Shown here: positions 36,020 to 43,386 of the stretch, one piece after another
Numbering within the stretch: position 1 is the stretch's first letter
Layout: every line of letters starts with the position of its first letter
DNA from: Escherichia phage vB_EcoD_Over9000
DNA: 44,583 nt
Sequence record: NC_073079.1
Reading direction: 5' to 3' (one strand)
The notes under the pieces: generated by a model
Told to the model about the DNA's origin: nothing
What the model saw: the letters and a program-made list of their open reading frames with translations, nothing else
Database searches by the model: none
Program-made: the position numbers and the translations under genes

Positions 36020-36535
36020 TTAATCTTCCAGTTCGAAATAGGTTTCGACGATTTCTTTTAGCTCTTTGTGGAAGTCTTCGACGTCGTCATCTTCCAGCTT
36101 GGCGATTGATTTGATCTCGAACGATTCCAGCAGGTCGTCGAATTCGTCGTTCGCATCGTCGTCATCGCCACCGGCGATAATCGCGGCATACTGTTTGATT
36201 TCGTCGCGCATCTCTGCCAGCGGGTCGGCATCTTTCTTACCTTTGCCTTTCGCCGGTGCTTTCTTAGACTTAGCCGGTTTTTCGTCTTCGGCATCGTCGT
36301 CGTCATCTTCTACGACTTCTTTTTTAGCCTTACCTTTCGCCGGGGCTTTTTTAGATTTAGCCGGTTTTTCGTCTTCGGCGTCATCGTCGTCATCTTCGAC
36401 AACTTCTTTTTTGGCCTTAGACGGCTTCTTGTCTTCCTGTTTACCAACGGCAGCGCCAACGGTTTCATAATGCTTTGCAATGGTTTCCAGTGCTACTACG
36501 CCGCGAGTGATCAGGTTTACGATTTGCTCAAACAT
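36020..36535 (-). CDS. highly acidic protein with tandem repeats (DNA-mimic / anti-restriction candidate)
   Basis: 171 aa from ATG 36535 (RBS GGAG); two 28-aa repeats KKEVVEDDDDDAEDEKPAKSKKAPAKGK; acidic C-terminus; own terminator 35982-36011; first gene of the reverse block. Confidence 0.55.
   Translation of the reverse strand: MFEQIVNLITRGVVALETIAKHYETVGAAVGKQEDKKPSKAKKEVVEDDDDDAEDEKPAKSKKAPAKGKAKKEVVEDDDDDAEDEKPAKSKKAPAKGKGKKDADPLAEMRDEIKQYAAIIAGGDDDDANDEFDDLLESFEIKSIAKLEDDDVEDFHKELKEIVETYFELED
36248..36415. repeat. 84-bp tandem repeat (2 copies) within the acidic-protein gene
   Basis: Near-identical units ...CTTTCGCCGG(T/G)GCTTT(C/T)TTAGA(C/T)TTAGCCGGTTTTTCGTCTTCGGC(A/G)TC(G/A)TCGTCGTCATCTTC... 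Confidence 0.7.
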
Positions 36536-36771
36536 GGTATATCTCCGATTGGTTAAGTTTAGGTGTCGGCAGTTAACTTCGTCGGTGGCCTTAACATATT
36601 GCCAGGTTACGCGTTCTCCCGTTCGGGTAGTGGACCTGGTTATATAATCACGGTTGGGAATCCTGACACTTCGATCCGGCCCCTGCGTTGCCCCTCTCCA
36701 GTTTGCGTCCTGCATCCTGTCGACGGGGTGAATATTAGATTGGTTGCATGTGGGGTGTCAACAACTAATTT

Positions 36772-36807
36772 CAAAAAAAAAGCGCCGAGGCAAAATGCGG
36801 CGGCGCT
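36772..36807 (-). terminator. orphan intrinsic terminator (reverse strand) in the early intergenic region
   Basis: GC-rich hairpin (36781-36807) followed on the reverse strand by nine T (A-run 36773-36781 on +); no reverse-strand ORF upstream of it. Confidence 0.5.
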
Positions 36808-36877
36808 AACCAATAAGAGACAATGAGACGGGAATTATTATTACACGCGTGCGCGCCCGTTTCAATATCCAAAGAAT

Positions 36878-36906
36878 TTGACACCGTGCAGTTTTGGGTG
36901 TAGTTT
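36878..36906 (+). promoter_or_regulatory. sigma70-like promoter upstream of HTH regulator gene
   Basis: Perfect -35 TTGACA (36878-36883), 17-bp spacer, weak -10 TAGTTT (36901-36906). Confidence 0.4.
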
Positions 36907-36937
36907 CGTTGGTCATTAACCAGCTGAGGGCAGAGCA

Positions 36938-37267
36938 ATGAATGTAAACGACGCAATCGAAATGTTAACGAAGACTGTTTGCAGTGAGACAAGCCGGTCA
37001 TGGGCATACACCGATGCCGTGGGGGCTGTGTTATTTGAAATCGAACGACTGCGGCTTACCGAAAAAGAATTGCGCGCCAGGCTGGAACTACTCAACGGTA
37101 CAGCAGCAAGCAAGCTGCAAAAACACAATGAAGAAATGGAAGAATACAAAAAGCAGGTTATCCGTTTGCGCGCCGAGGGTAAATCATGGGCGATGATTGC
37201 CGAGTTGACCGGAATTAATCAGAGCACAGTGCGCTCCTGGGTACGCAATAATAAAACTTCTAAGTAA
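36938..37267 (+). CDS. helix-turn-helix DNA-binding protein (putative transcriptional regulator)
   Basis: 109 aa; C-terminal GKSWAMIAELTGINQSTVRSWVRN is an HTH; promoter-like TTGACA-17-TAGTTT at 36878-36906; RBS GAGGG. Confidence 0.6.
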   Translation: MNVNDAIEMLTKTVCSETSRSWAYTDAVGAVLFEIERLRLTEKELRARLELLNGTAASKLQKHNEEMEEYKKQVIRLRAEGKSWAMIAELTGINQSTVRSWVRNNKTSK

Positions 37268-37277
37268 GGCCACGGCA

Positions 37278-39515
37278 ATGAGCTTGATTAAATTCGCTGT
37301 AACAAAACCCGCTAAAAAAGGCGAAAAAGCCAGGGCGGAAAACTTCCAGATGACGACCGATGAGTTTTTCGAATTTATCAAAGATGCGAAAGAAATCTCC
37401 TCGGTGCATATCAACAAGACGGAAGATAAAGCCGAGTACGCGCGCCGCAAGCGTAAGGCCGATGGCATCGTGGCGTATACCAGTGACGGATTGCGTCGTA
37501 AGACCAGTGCGGTGGACCGCTCGATCCTGTTCTTCGATATCGACCGTACCGACACCCGCACCTTACGCCGCTGCCGTAAGGCGTTCATCGACGCGGGACT
37601 GGAGCACGTCTTCCACACCACCACCGGCGACCGCCACCCGCTGAAGGGCGGCACGCGTTGCGCCCGTTTCCTGGTGCTCACTGACAAGCCTGTACCGGCT
37701 GAAGACCTGGGCCGCGTCCAGTATGCACTATTACACCAACTGGGTCTGTCAGATGTGGCCTTCGACGATTGCACGAAAGACACAAACCGCCTGATGTACC
37801 TGCCACACCAGCAGTCTGTTATTAAGTGCCACTACGGCAAGCGTGCCCGCGTCCGTCGTCTGCTTCGCCTGGCGGATAAGTTGGGCGTGGAGAAGGAGGA
37901 AGTACGCCGCGAGCTTACCCAGGGCGACGACGCAGTGGCAGACGGCATTCTGGACTGGTGCTTCCAGGCAGGATTCGAGGAGTTATCCTCCGGTCGCGGT
38001 TATGAAGTGCCGTGCCCGAACGAACATCTGCACAGCGGCGAAGGGTCGACGGCTATCATGGTCAAGGATGGCGAGATCCGTTTCAAGTGTATGCACACCG
38101 GCAACGAGTGTTGCTCGGAACTGAACAGACACCAGCACCTAGCACTACGTCTTATCGGAATCCCGGACCACCTGAACGTCGAACCGCACAACATGTCACG
38201 TAAGCAAATCGCCGCCATCCTGCCAGGTCTGGACGACGAGGAAGTGGAATCGTGCTATGCGCATATAGTTGATGCGGTCGGTGACGGCGACGAGTACGGC
38301 GTATGTACCGACGCGGACCTGGATAACGAACCGGTCGCACTGTTCAGTAAGCACGACCCGATAATCGAGGGGTTGATTAACTTTAAATCGACCTGGTACA
38401 TGGCTGGCGAGTCGAACATCGGTAAATCGTTCTACGTGCTTGGCCAAATGGGCGCGGTTGCCGCAGGTATTCCGTTCGGCGGTGCGAAGGTCGTCCAGTC
38501 GCATTGCTTCTATTTCGATGCGGAAGGTGGCGAAGCCTCCAACCAGCGTAAGGAAGCATTGCAGATCAAATATGAGCACGATCTCGACAAGCTGCACATT
38601 ATCGACCTGCAATCTCGCGGCTGGGATATCACCAGCAAATCCGGCTTGCGTGAAGTTATCAGCTTCATCAACCGCACCGCTAACGGCGAACCGGTTGGCC
38701 TGGTGGCGTTCGACTCACTCAACCAGACTGTTGCGCTGCGGTCCGCCGATGCAAAACCGTTCGACGAGAACAACGCCAGCGATATGGGTGAAGTGGTCAA
38801 AGCGCTGAAGGCCATTGCGGAAAATACAGGCGGCAGTGCGGGCGTCATCCACCACCCGGCTAAAGGTGCAAACGGCAGCAGATCCCCCCGCGGGTCCGGC
38901 GCGCTGCATGGTGCTGTCGATTCTGCGTTCTTCCTGGAGCAGCCTGACGACAACCAGCCAGGACAACTGAACCTGTATCACGAAAAGGCGCGTAATGGCA
39001 TCAAGCAAGCGCCGCGCGGCTTCGTCCTGCTCAAGTGCAAGGTTAAGGTTGATCTCCGCAAGTCCGAGGCGTTCGAAGCCCACCAGTCCACCAGCACTGG
39101 TCCTGACTTCGGCGATGTGGTTGCCGGTTGGGACGTAAAGCCAATCGCATCCACGCCACGCGACGAGACTCTTTACCTCGTACCGGTCGCCCTGGCGCCG
39201 TTCGCTATCGAACAGGCAAAGGCCGCTGGCAAAGCAGCAGTTAAGGAAGAGAACGCCGCAGGCCCGCGCAACGAAAAAGAGAAAGTGCTTTATGCGGCAC
39301 TGGAAAAACTGATGGAAGATAACCCGGACCATACCGGATTCAGTAAATCGGCAATTGTCCGCCAGGCGGGACTGGCGAAAGGTGGCACCTCGACGAAGGC
39401 AATCGACGATATGGTCGAGCGCGGAGTGTTAGGTTTTTATACCGATCCGCGCACCGGGGCCATCTATGGGTCGTCGAATATCGTCATCAAAACGAATATA
39501 CCCATCACGCTTTAA
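37278..39515 (+). CDS. DNA primase / replicative helicase (AAA_25 / DnaB-RepA-like ATPase with N-terminal primase-like domain)
   Basis: 745 aa; Walker A GESNIGKS and Walker B LVAFDSL in C-terminal half; Cys/His cluster CPNEHLH...CMHTGNECC in N-terminal half; followed by an ori-like repeat region. Confidence 0.75.
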   Translation: MSLIKFAVTKPAKKGEKARAENFQMTTDEFFEFIKDAKEISSVHINKTEDKAEYARRKRKADGIVAYTSDGLRRKTSAVDRSILFFDIDRTDTRTLRRCRKAFIDAGLEHVFHTTTGDRHPLKGGTRCARFLVLTDKPVPAEDLGRVQYALLHQLGLSDVAFDDCTKDTNRLMYLPHQQSVIKCHYGKRARVRRLLRLADKLGVEKEEVRRELTQGDDAVADGILDWCFQAGFEELSSGRGYEVPCPNEHLHSGEGSTAIMVKDGEIRFKCMHTGNECCSELNRHQHLALRLIGIPDHLNVEPHNMSRKQIAAILPGLDDEEVESCYAHIVDAVGDGDEYGVCTDADLDNEPVALFSKHDPIIEGLINFKSTWYMAGESNIGKSFYVLGQMGAVAAGIPFGGAKVVQSHCFYFDAEGGEASNQRKEALQIKYEHDLDKLHIIDLQSRGWDITSKSGLREVISFINRTANGEPVGLVAFDSLNQTVALRSADAKPFDENNASDMGEVVKALKAIAENTGGSAGVIHHPAKGANGSRSPRGSGALHGAVDSAFFLEQPDDNQPGQLNLYHEKARNGIKQAPRGFVLLKCKVKVDLRKSEAFEAHQSTSTGPDFGDVVAGWDVKPIASTPRDETLYLVPVALAPFAIEQAKAAGKAAVKEENAAGPRNEKEKVLYAALEKLMEDNPDHTGFSKSAIVRQAGLAKGGTSTKAIDDMVERGVLGFYTDPRTGAIYGSSNIVIKTNIPITL

Positions 39516-39534
39516 CGGCGACCGATGACGACCT

Positions 39535-39654
39535 GAAAGATTAAATTTTGCGCGCATTGGTTGCCGATATGGGAATCCCCATATCGCTAAAAGATTAAAT
39601 TTTGCGCGCATTGGTTGCCATTTTGAGTGTTTTTAGTCGGTCGCATTGGTTGCC
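39535..39654. repeat. direct repeats with intervening inverted repeat (ori-like region downstream of primase/helicase)
   Basis: 31-bp direct repeat (G/A)AAAGATTAAATTTTGCGCGCATTGGTTGCC at 39535-39565 and 39589-39619, partial third copy CGCATTGGTTGCC at 39642-39654; hairpin GATATGGG-AATC-CCCATATC between; AT-rich stretch follows. Confidence 0.7.
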
Positions 39655-39689
39655 GTGTAGTGTAAATATAATGAATAGTTATGCAGTTT

Positions 39690-39870
39690 TATTGCATAAA
39701 GTAAGCGGGACAAAAAGCGGGACAAACTTAGGGCGGGACAAAGCGGGACAGCACCCCCGTCCCGCCCCGGATGACGCGGCTTCCAGAGGAGCGGGACAGC
39801 GGGACAGCACCCCAGTCTTTCAGACTAGACGGGGGTCAGTGGCCCCCCTCGTCTGAGACTGAATAAAATC
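39690..39870. repeat. iteron cluster (GCGGGACA boxes) plus conserved hairpin element, copy B
   Basis: About 190 bp roughly 85-90 percent identical (by eye) to 11975-12145, including the same ~50-bp hairpin element with only loop changes (TCAACGG vs TCAGTGG). Confidence 0.8.
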
Positions 39871-40021
39871 CGGGATTGCAAAATACACGGCAGCATGACG
39901 CGAAGTGCGGTCGCGGATGAACTAGGCAACCAATGCGAGTTACATTATGCTGAGTGAAAAATGCGGTTTGCAGTCACAGCTGATAGCGATCAACTTTTTC
40001 ATGCGCGTGATTAATATTGGT

Positions 40022-40050
40022 TGCATCCAGCCGGGCACCCTGCTATATTG
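40022..40050 (+). promoter_or_regulatory. sigma70-like promoter upstream of gene 40078
   Basis: TTGCAT (40022-40027), 17-bp spacer, TATATT (40045-40050); followed by palindromic element TTGGTTGCACACCAA and RBS AGGAGGG. Confidence 0.5.
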
Positions 40051-40077
40051 GTTGCACACCAACAGGAGGGCGGAACA

Positions 40078-40256
40078 TGAAAACCGAAATGGTTAATAAG
40101 CGCGAAATCAAGATCGGCGATACGGTAGTACACAACGGGGAGCTTCGCACTGTGTGCAAGCGAGCGTTTAGCATCGATGAATTTATGGGCCTGCTACTTT
40201 GGGGCGACAGCTATCGTTTAGGGCATAAACTGGTTGAGAGGGTTACGGAACTATGA
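40078..40256 (+). CDS. small hypothetical protein
   Basis: 59 aa from ATG 40078 with strong RBS AGGAGGG and a sigma70-like promoter (40022-40050). Confidence 0.5.
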
Positions 40257-40579
40257 AAGCGATTATCTGGAATTACGCAATGGCTATGGCGGCGGCGCAA
40301 GAAGCGGCGGAGTTCGCCGGTGAAGGAGCGGAAGCGGTCGAAAGACTATCGGCAGCGTGGTCCGTTGTTCGCGTCACGCAGCAGGCCATCGCCTGTATGC
40401 TTGAGCGCCGCTTCGACACGATGGCGGAGATCCAGCCGTTGGCGAACGCAATACAGGACTACGCGCTTGCATTTGCCCGTGAGCGCCTGGCGTATCGCTT
40501 CGGGGTCGGTGAGACGGCAGCGACAAACATCGCCCGGATTAAAGCCCAGCGCGAACTATTCGCCCAGCTTGCGAAATAA
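40253..40579 (+). CDS. hypothetical protein
   Basis: 108 aa Ala-rich ORF; ATGA coupling with upstream gene. Confidence 0.5.
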   Translation: MKAIIWNYAMAMAAAQEAAEFAGEGAEAVERLSAAWSVVRVTQQAIACMLERRFDTMAEIQPLANAIQDYALAFARERLAYRFGVGETAATNIARIKAQRELFAQLAK

Positions 40580-40588
40580 GGGGCCAAA

Positions 40589-40861
40589 ATGGACCGCAGA
40601 CGAGCTAAACAGCTTTCGTGGCATATTCCACTGCATTGCATACGAATATGGGCTAAGAATGCGATTGATGGTGATTCTGTGTTCTGGAGCTATCGCGACG
40701 ATGTGAAGCCACTAACGCAGACTCGCTATCTGCACCAGTTCGCCAGGGAGCACGGATTCGCCGTCAAAACATCCTTGCAACCAATTGGCATCCGTATTAC
40801 ATTACGCCGGAAGCCCGCCGTTGAGCGGGTAGGCAAACACTGGAGACTGAGCAAATGTTGA
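40589..40861 (+). CDS. hypothetical protein
   Basis: 90 aa basic ORF. Confidence 0.45.
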   Translation: MDRRRAKQLSWHIPLHCIRIWAKNAIDGDSVFWSYRDDVKPLTQTRYLHQFAREHGFAVKTSLQPIGIRITLRRKPAVERVGKHWRLSKC

Positions 40862-40989
40862 TAGGCGAATTCTCGCAGGAGTTTATCGACCTGCATATGT
40901 GCGAACTTGACTACGAACAAAACGGCATCGCTACGGTATGCGATGGCGACACGAAGACTATCGAAGAAATTGAGGAGACAGAGCAATGA
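40855..40989 (+). CDS. small acidic protein (uncertain)
   Basis: 44 aa ORF (MLIGEFSQEFIDLHMCELDYEQNG...) coupled at both ends (ATGTTGA upstream, ATGA downstream); below the ORF-track cutoff. Confidence 0.3.
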   Translation: MLIGEFSQEFIDLHMCELDYEQNGIATVCDGDTKTIEEIEETEQ

Positions 40990-41543
40990 AATTACTATTC
41001 CGCCGTAAGCACGATGGTCGTATCATGAAGCCGATCCAGACCCTGGATTCCTACGTCCGCCTACAAAACGCGGCAGGCAATCGGGTATGGCGGGCACCGA
41101 AACACACGCTGCCGCAGTTCTTCGACGTACTCACTCACGATATCGAGCGCGGAGATGTGCTGCGTGATATTCGCGACGGTAGTATGTGGATCGTTGAATA
41201 TGTCGGTCTTCATGGCCTGTGTATGCAATCCCGCAAGGATGGCGTAGCAGGTATGACTTACTTCGGGCTGGTCAACTACGAGCGAGTGGGCCGAAAATAC
41301 TGCCTTCGTGACCGCCAGCCGCATGAGCGCGTTGAGTTCCGCAAGTCACAGCCAGCCTACGCAACCTACGACGCCCACCAGGTGCAGGCGAGGATGAAAC
41401 GCACCGCGCACGAAATCGTCAATCGCTTTGATGCCGTGACAAACGCACAGCGCCATGCGCAGGAATACGGCGTTGGATTCATCCGGGTGGAACGAGACGG
41501 CAGCATGAAGGCCATCGACCCGCGCTCGGTGATTCTGAAATGA
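40986..41543 (+). CDS. hypothetical protein
   Basis: 185 aa ORF; no motif recognised. Confidence 0.5.
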   Translation: MKLLFRRKHDGRIMKPIQTLDSYVRLQNAAGNRVWRAPKHTLPQFFDVLTHDIERGDVLRDIRDGSMWIVEYVGLHGLCMQSRKDGVAGMTYFGLVNYERVGRKYCLRDRQPHERVEFRKSQPAYATYDAHQVQARMKRTAHEIVNRFDAVTNAQRHAQEYGVGFIRVERDGSMKAIDPRSVILK

Positions 41544-41686
41544 GTGCGACGATCCGCGATATGCTTCAGCATAACCGCTTTGAGATAGGCGGTCGGGTAT
41601 TTCGCAATTACTTCGTGGCGCGGGCATGGGCGCGCCATATTGGCAAACCGGAAGGGGCAATTAGATGCTATACGTCTTCGCGGTAG
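41540..41686 (+). CDS. small hypothetical protein (uncertain)
   Basis: 48 aa ORF with ATGA coupling to the upstream gene. Confidence 0.3.
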   Translation: MSATIRDMLQHNRFEIGGRVFRNYFVARAWARHIGKPEGAIRCYTSSR

Positions 41687-41766
41687 TATGTGGCGGTAGT
41701 CTGGCGGCCCTGGTGCTGTTGGCGTCGGTTATTAATCTGGTTAAATACCTATGGGGCAGATTATGA
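41665..41766 (+). CDS. small hydrophobic peptide (uncertain)
   Basis: 33 aa single transmembrane helix (MLYVFAVVCGGSLAALVLLASVINLVKYLWGRL); RBS GGAAGGGG; stop overlaps the next start. Confidence 0.3.
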   Translation: MLYVFAVVCGGSLAALVLLASVINLVKYLWGRL

Positions 41767-42050
41767 TTCATGATGTGATTTATTGGTTTGGTATGGCAAG
41801 CATATTATGCCTGGTTACGGGAGCGCTGGGCGCGATATGGGTATTCCTGGTATGGCCCGCCGTGGAAGCCGCCAGCATTACCCGCATGACGTTCCAGATA
41901 TACAAGCGCCGTGGAATCACGGAGCACCCTACCAGGTTGCGCATGTGGTGGCTATGGTATCGCGATATGATCGGGGGTCGGATGTTCGAGGCCGTCCGAT
42001 CGGAAGGGTGGGAGTGGAAAGGCGTCGGCAAGTGGTCCATTTTCGATTAA
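41763..42050 (+). CDS. membrane protein (N-terminal TM helix)
   Basis: 95 aa from ATG 41763; hydrophobic helix followed by Trp/Arg-rich region. Confidence 0.45.
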   Translation: MIHDVIYWFGMASILCLVTGALGAIWVFLVWPAVEAASITRMTFQIYKRRGITEHPTRLRMWWLWYRDMIGGRMFEAVRSEGWEWKGVGKWSIFD

Positions 42051-42065
42051 TTATGCAAGCGTGAT

Positions 42066-42102
42066 ATAGTCCCAGTGAGCTAAAACTTACTGGGACTTTT
42101 TT
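42066..42102 (+). terminator. possible intrinsic terminator / attenuator before holin-like gene
   Basis: AGTCCCAG ... CTGGGACT inverted repeat with 14-nt loop followed by TTTTTT; the ATG at 42103 follows immediately. Confidence 0.35.
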
Positions 42103-42393
42103 ATGGATAAGCTAAACGAGTGGTTATTTGCCCTCGCATGTCTGGCTGGCGGCTTCGTAGGCGCACGCATTCATGGCGAGGCTACGAAAGGACCGCTAAA
42201 CTTCGTTTTATATATCGTGGTCGGCTTCTTGTGTGCCATCTTTGGTGCGCCAGCTATCGCCGAGTGGGCTGGCTTATCTGGCGAGCGCACAGTCGCCGGT
42301 TTGGGCTTCGTAACTGCAATCTTCTGGATGCCAATAGCCGCCCGGATCAGGGAGACTATTGAGTCGTTCCGACTTCCGGGGGGTGCAAAATGA
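42103..42393 (+). CDS. holin-like membrane protein
   Basis: 96 aa with about three predicted hydrophobic helices; two genes upstream of the lysozyme. Confidence 0.5.
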   Translation: MDKLNEWLFALACLAGGFVGARIHGEATKGPLNFVLYIVVGFLCAIFGAPAIAEWAGLSGERTVAGLGFVTAIFWMPIAARIRETIESFRLPGGAK

Positions 42394-42635
42394 TTATCAC
42401 CGTCCTGTTGTTTGTTATCATAGGGGCTTCGTCCCTGTTTAACGTGTATGCGCCGTCCGTTCAGGATGGCTTCTTCGGTCGGGTGTTATATCTGCTAACG
42501 GCAATGACCTGTATTGTCGGTCTGTTGCAAACGGGAGACGTATCTGACGCCACCTGGACCGCGTTAATCTGGCTGTTTGCATTGCGCACACTGCGTAATG
42601 CTGTTTTGAATGGGGTAAAACATGCGATTCAGTGA
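42390..42635 (+). CDS. holin/antiholin-like membrane protein
   Basis: 81 aa with two to three hydrophobic helices; ATGA coupling upstream; overlaps the lysozyme start. Confidence 0.5.
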   Translation: MIITVLLFVIIGASSLFNVYAPSVQDGFFGRVLYLLTAMTCIVGLLQTGDVSDATWTALIWLFALRTLRNAVLNGVKHAIQ

Positions 42636-43113
42636 CAACGGTCTGAGATTTACGGCAGCATGGGAGCAATTCAGCCCAGTGCCGTATTTCGCGACTAAGA
42701 AAGAGCAGGCCCGCGGCCTGTATACCTGGGGCTATGGTCACACCGGCACTAATCCGCCGCGGAGCATTACCCGTGCGGAAGCACTGGAGCTACTCAAGCG
42801 CGACGTGGCGTATGCCGAAAACTGGGTGAACAAGTACGCACACCCGAGCATCAATCAGGCGCAATTCGACGCGCTGGTGGACCTGGTTATCAATGCCGGT
42901 CCTGGTCCGATCATGCCGGACGACGTCGCTGGTGACTTCGACGATGCGATCCGCCTGGGTGACTGGGCAAAAGTCCGTGCTACATTGCCACAATTCCGCA
43001 AGCAAGGCGGGGTGGTGCTCAAGGGGCTTGTCCGTCGTGCAATCGGCAGGCAGGCACTATTCGATGGTAAGCAGTGGGACGTTGCCGAGAAAATCGGGCG
43101 AAACGCCGCATAA
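42622..43113 (+). CDS. endolysin (T4-type lysozyme, glycoside hydrolase family 24)
   Basis: 163 aa; catalytic-region pattern ...FSDNGLRFTAAWEQFSPVPY...GLYTWGYGHT (Glu ... Thr-x-GYGHT) typical of phage lysozymes. Confidence 0.8.
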   Translation: MRFSDNGLRFTAAWEQFSPVPYFATKKEQARGLYTWGYGHTGTNPPRSITRAEALELLKRDVAYAENWVNKYAHPSINQAQFDALVDLVINAGPGPIMPDDVAGDFDDAIRLGDWAKVRATLPQFRKQGGVVLKGLVRRAIGRQALFDGKQWDVAEKIGRNAA

Positions 43114-43129
43114 TACGAGGAGACACAGT

Positions 43130-43291
43130 ATGTTAAAAAGCATTCTTGATCATAACGCCGACGCGCTCGCCGCGCTGGCTAAAACCGAAGACCCAGGCGC
43201 TCGCGCCATTATCGCGGACACTATCAGTCATGCTGGCGTATTTGACGCGAAGCTGCCGAGTCCGCCACCGCCCGCAGAGCCTGAAGAGTAA
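43130..43291 (+). CDS. small hypothetical protein
   Basis: 53 aa from ATG 43130 with strong RBS GAGGAGA; followed by intrinsic terminator 43298-43326. Confidence 0.4.
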   Translation: MLKSILDHNADALAALAKTEDPGARAIIADTISHAGVFDAKLPSPPPPAEPEE

Positions 43292-43297
43292 ACCACC

Positions 43298-43326
43298 AAG
43301 CCCGGAATTATCCGGGCTTTTTTATT
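43298..43326 (+). terminator. intrinsic terminator after lysis cassette
   Basis: AGCCCGGA-ATTA-TCCGGGCT hairpin followed by TTTTTTATTTATT. Confidence 0.8.
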
Positions 43327-43386
43327 TATTGCCCCAGTACCGTGGTATATTGCATCTAGGTCATCTCAATCTGGAAGTAAATTAAT

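Noticed and set aside
36536-36937. Possible tRNA gene in the long early intergenic region (TTCGATCC-like stretch near 36680)
   Set aside because: I could not fold a cloverleaf with acceptor, D, anticodon and T arms around the T-loop-like sequence; no tRNA is called.
42103-42635. Assigning a specific holin class and holin/antiholin roles to the two membrane proteins
   Set aside because: Hydrophobic helices are evident, but topology and dual-start motifs cannot be established by eye; left as holin-like.
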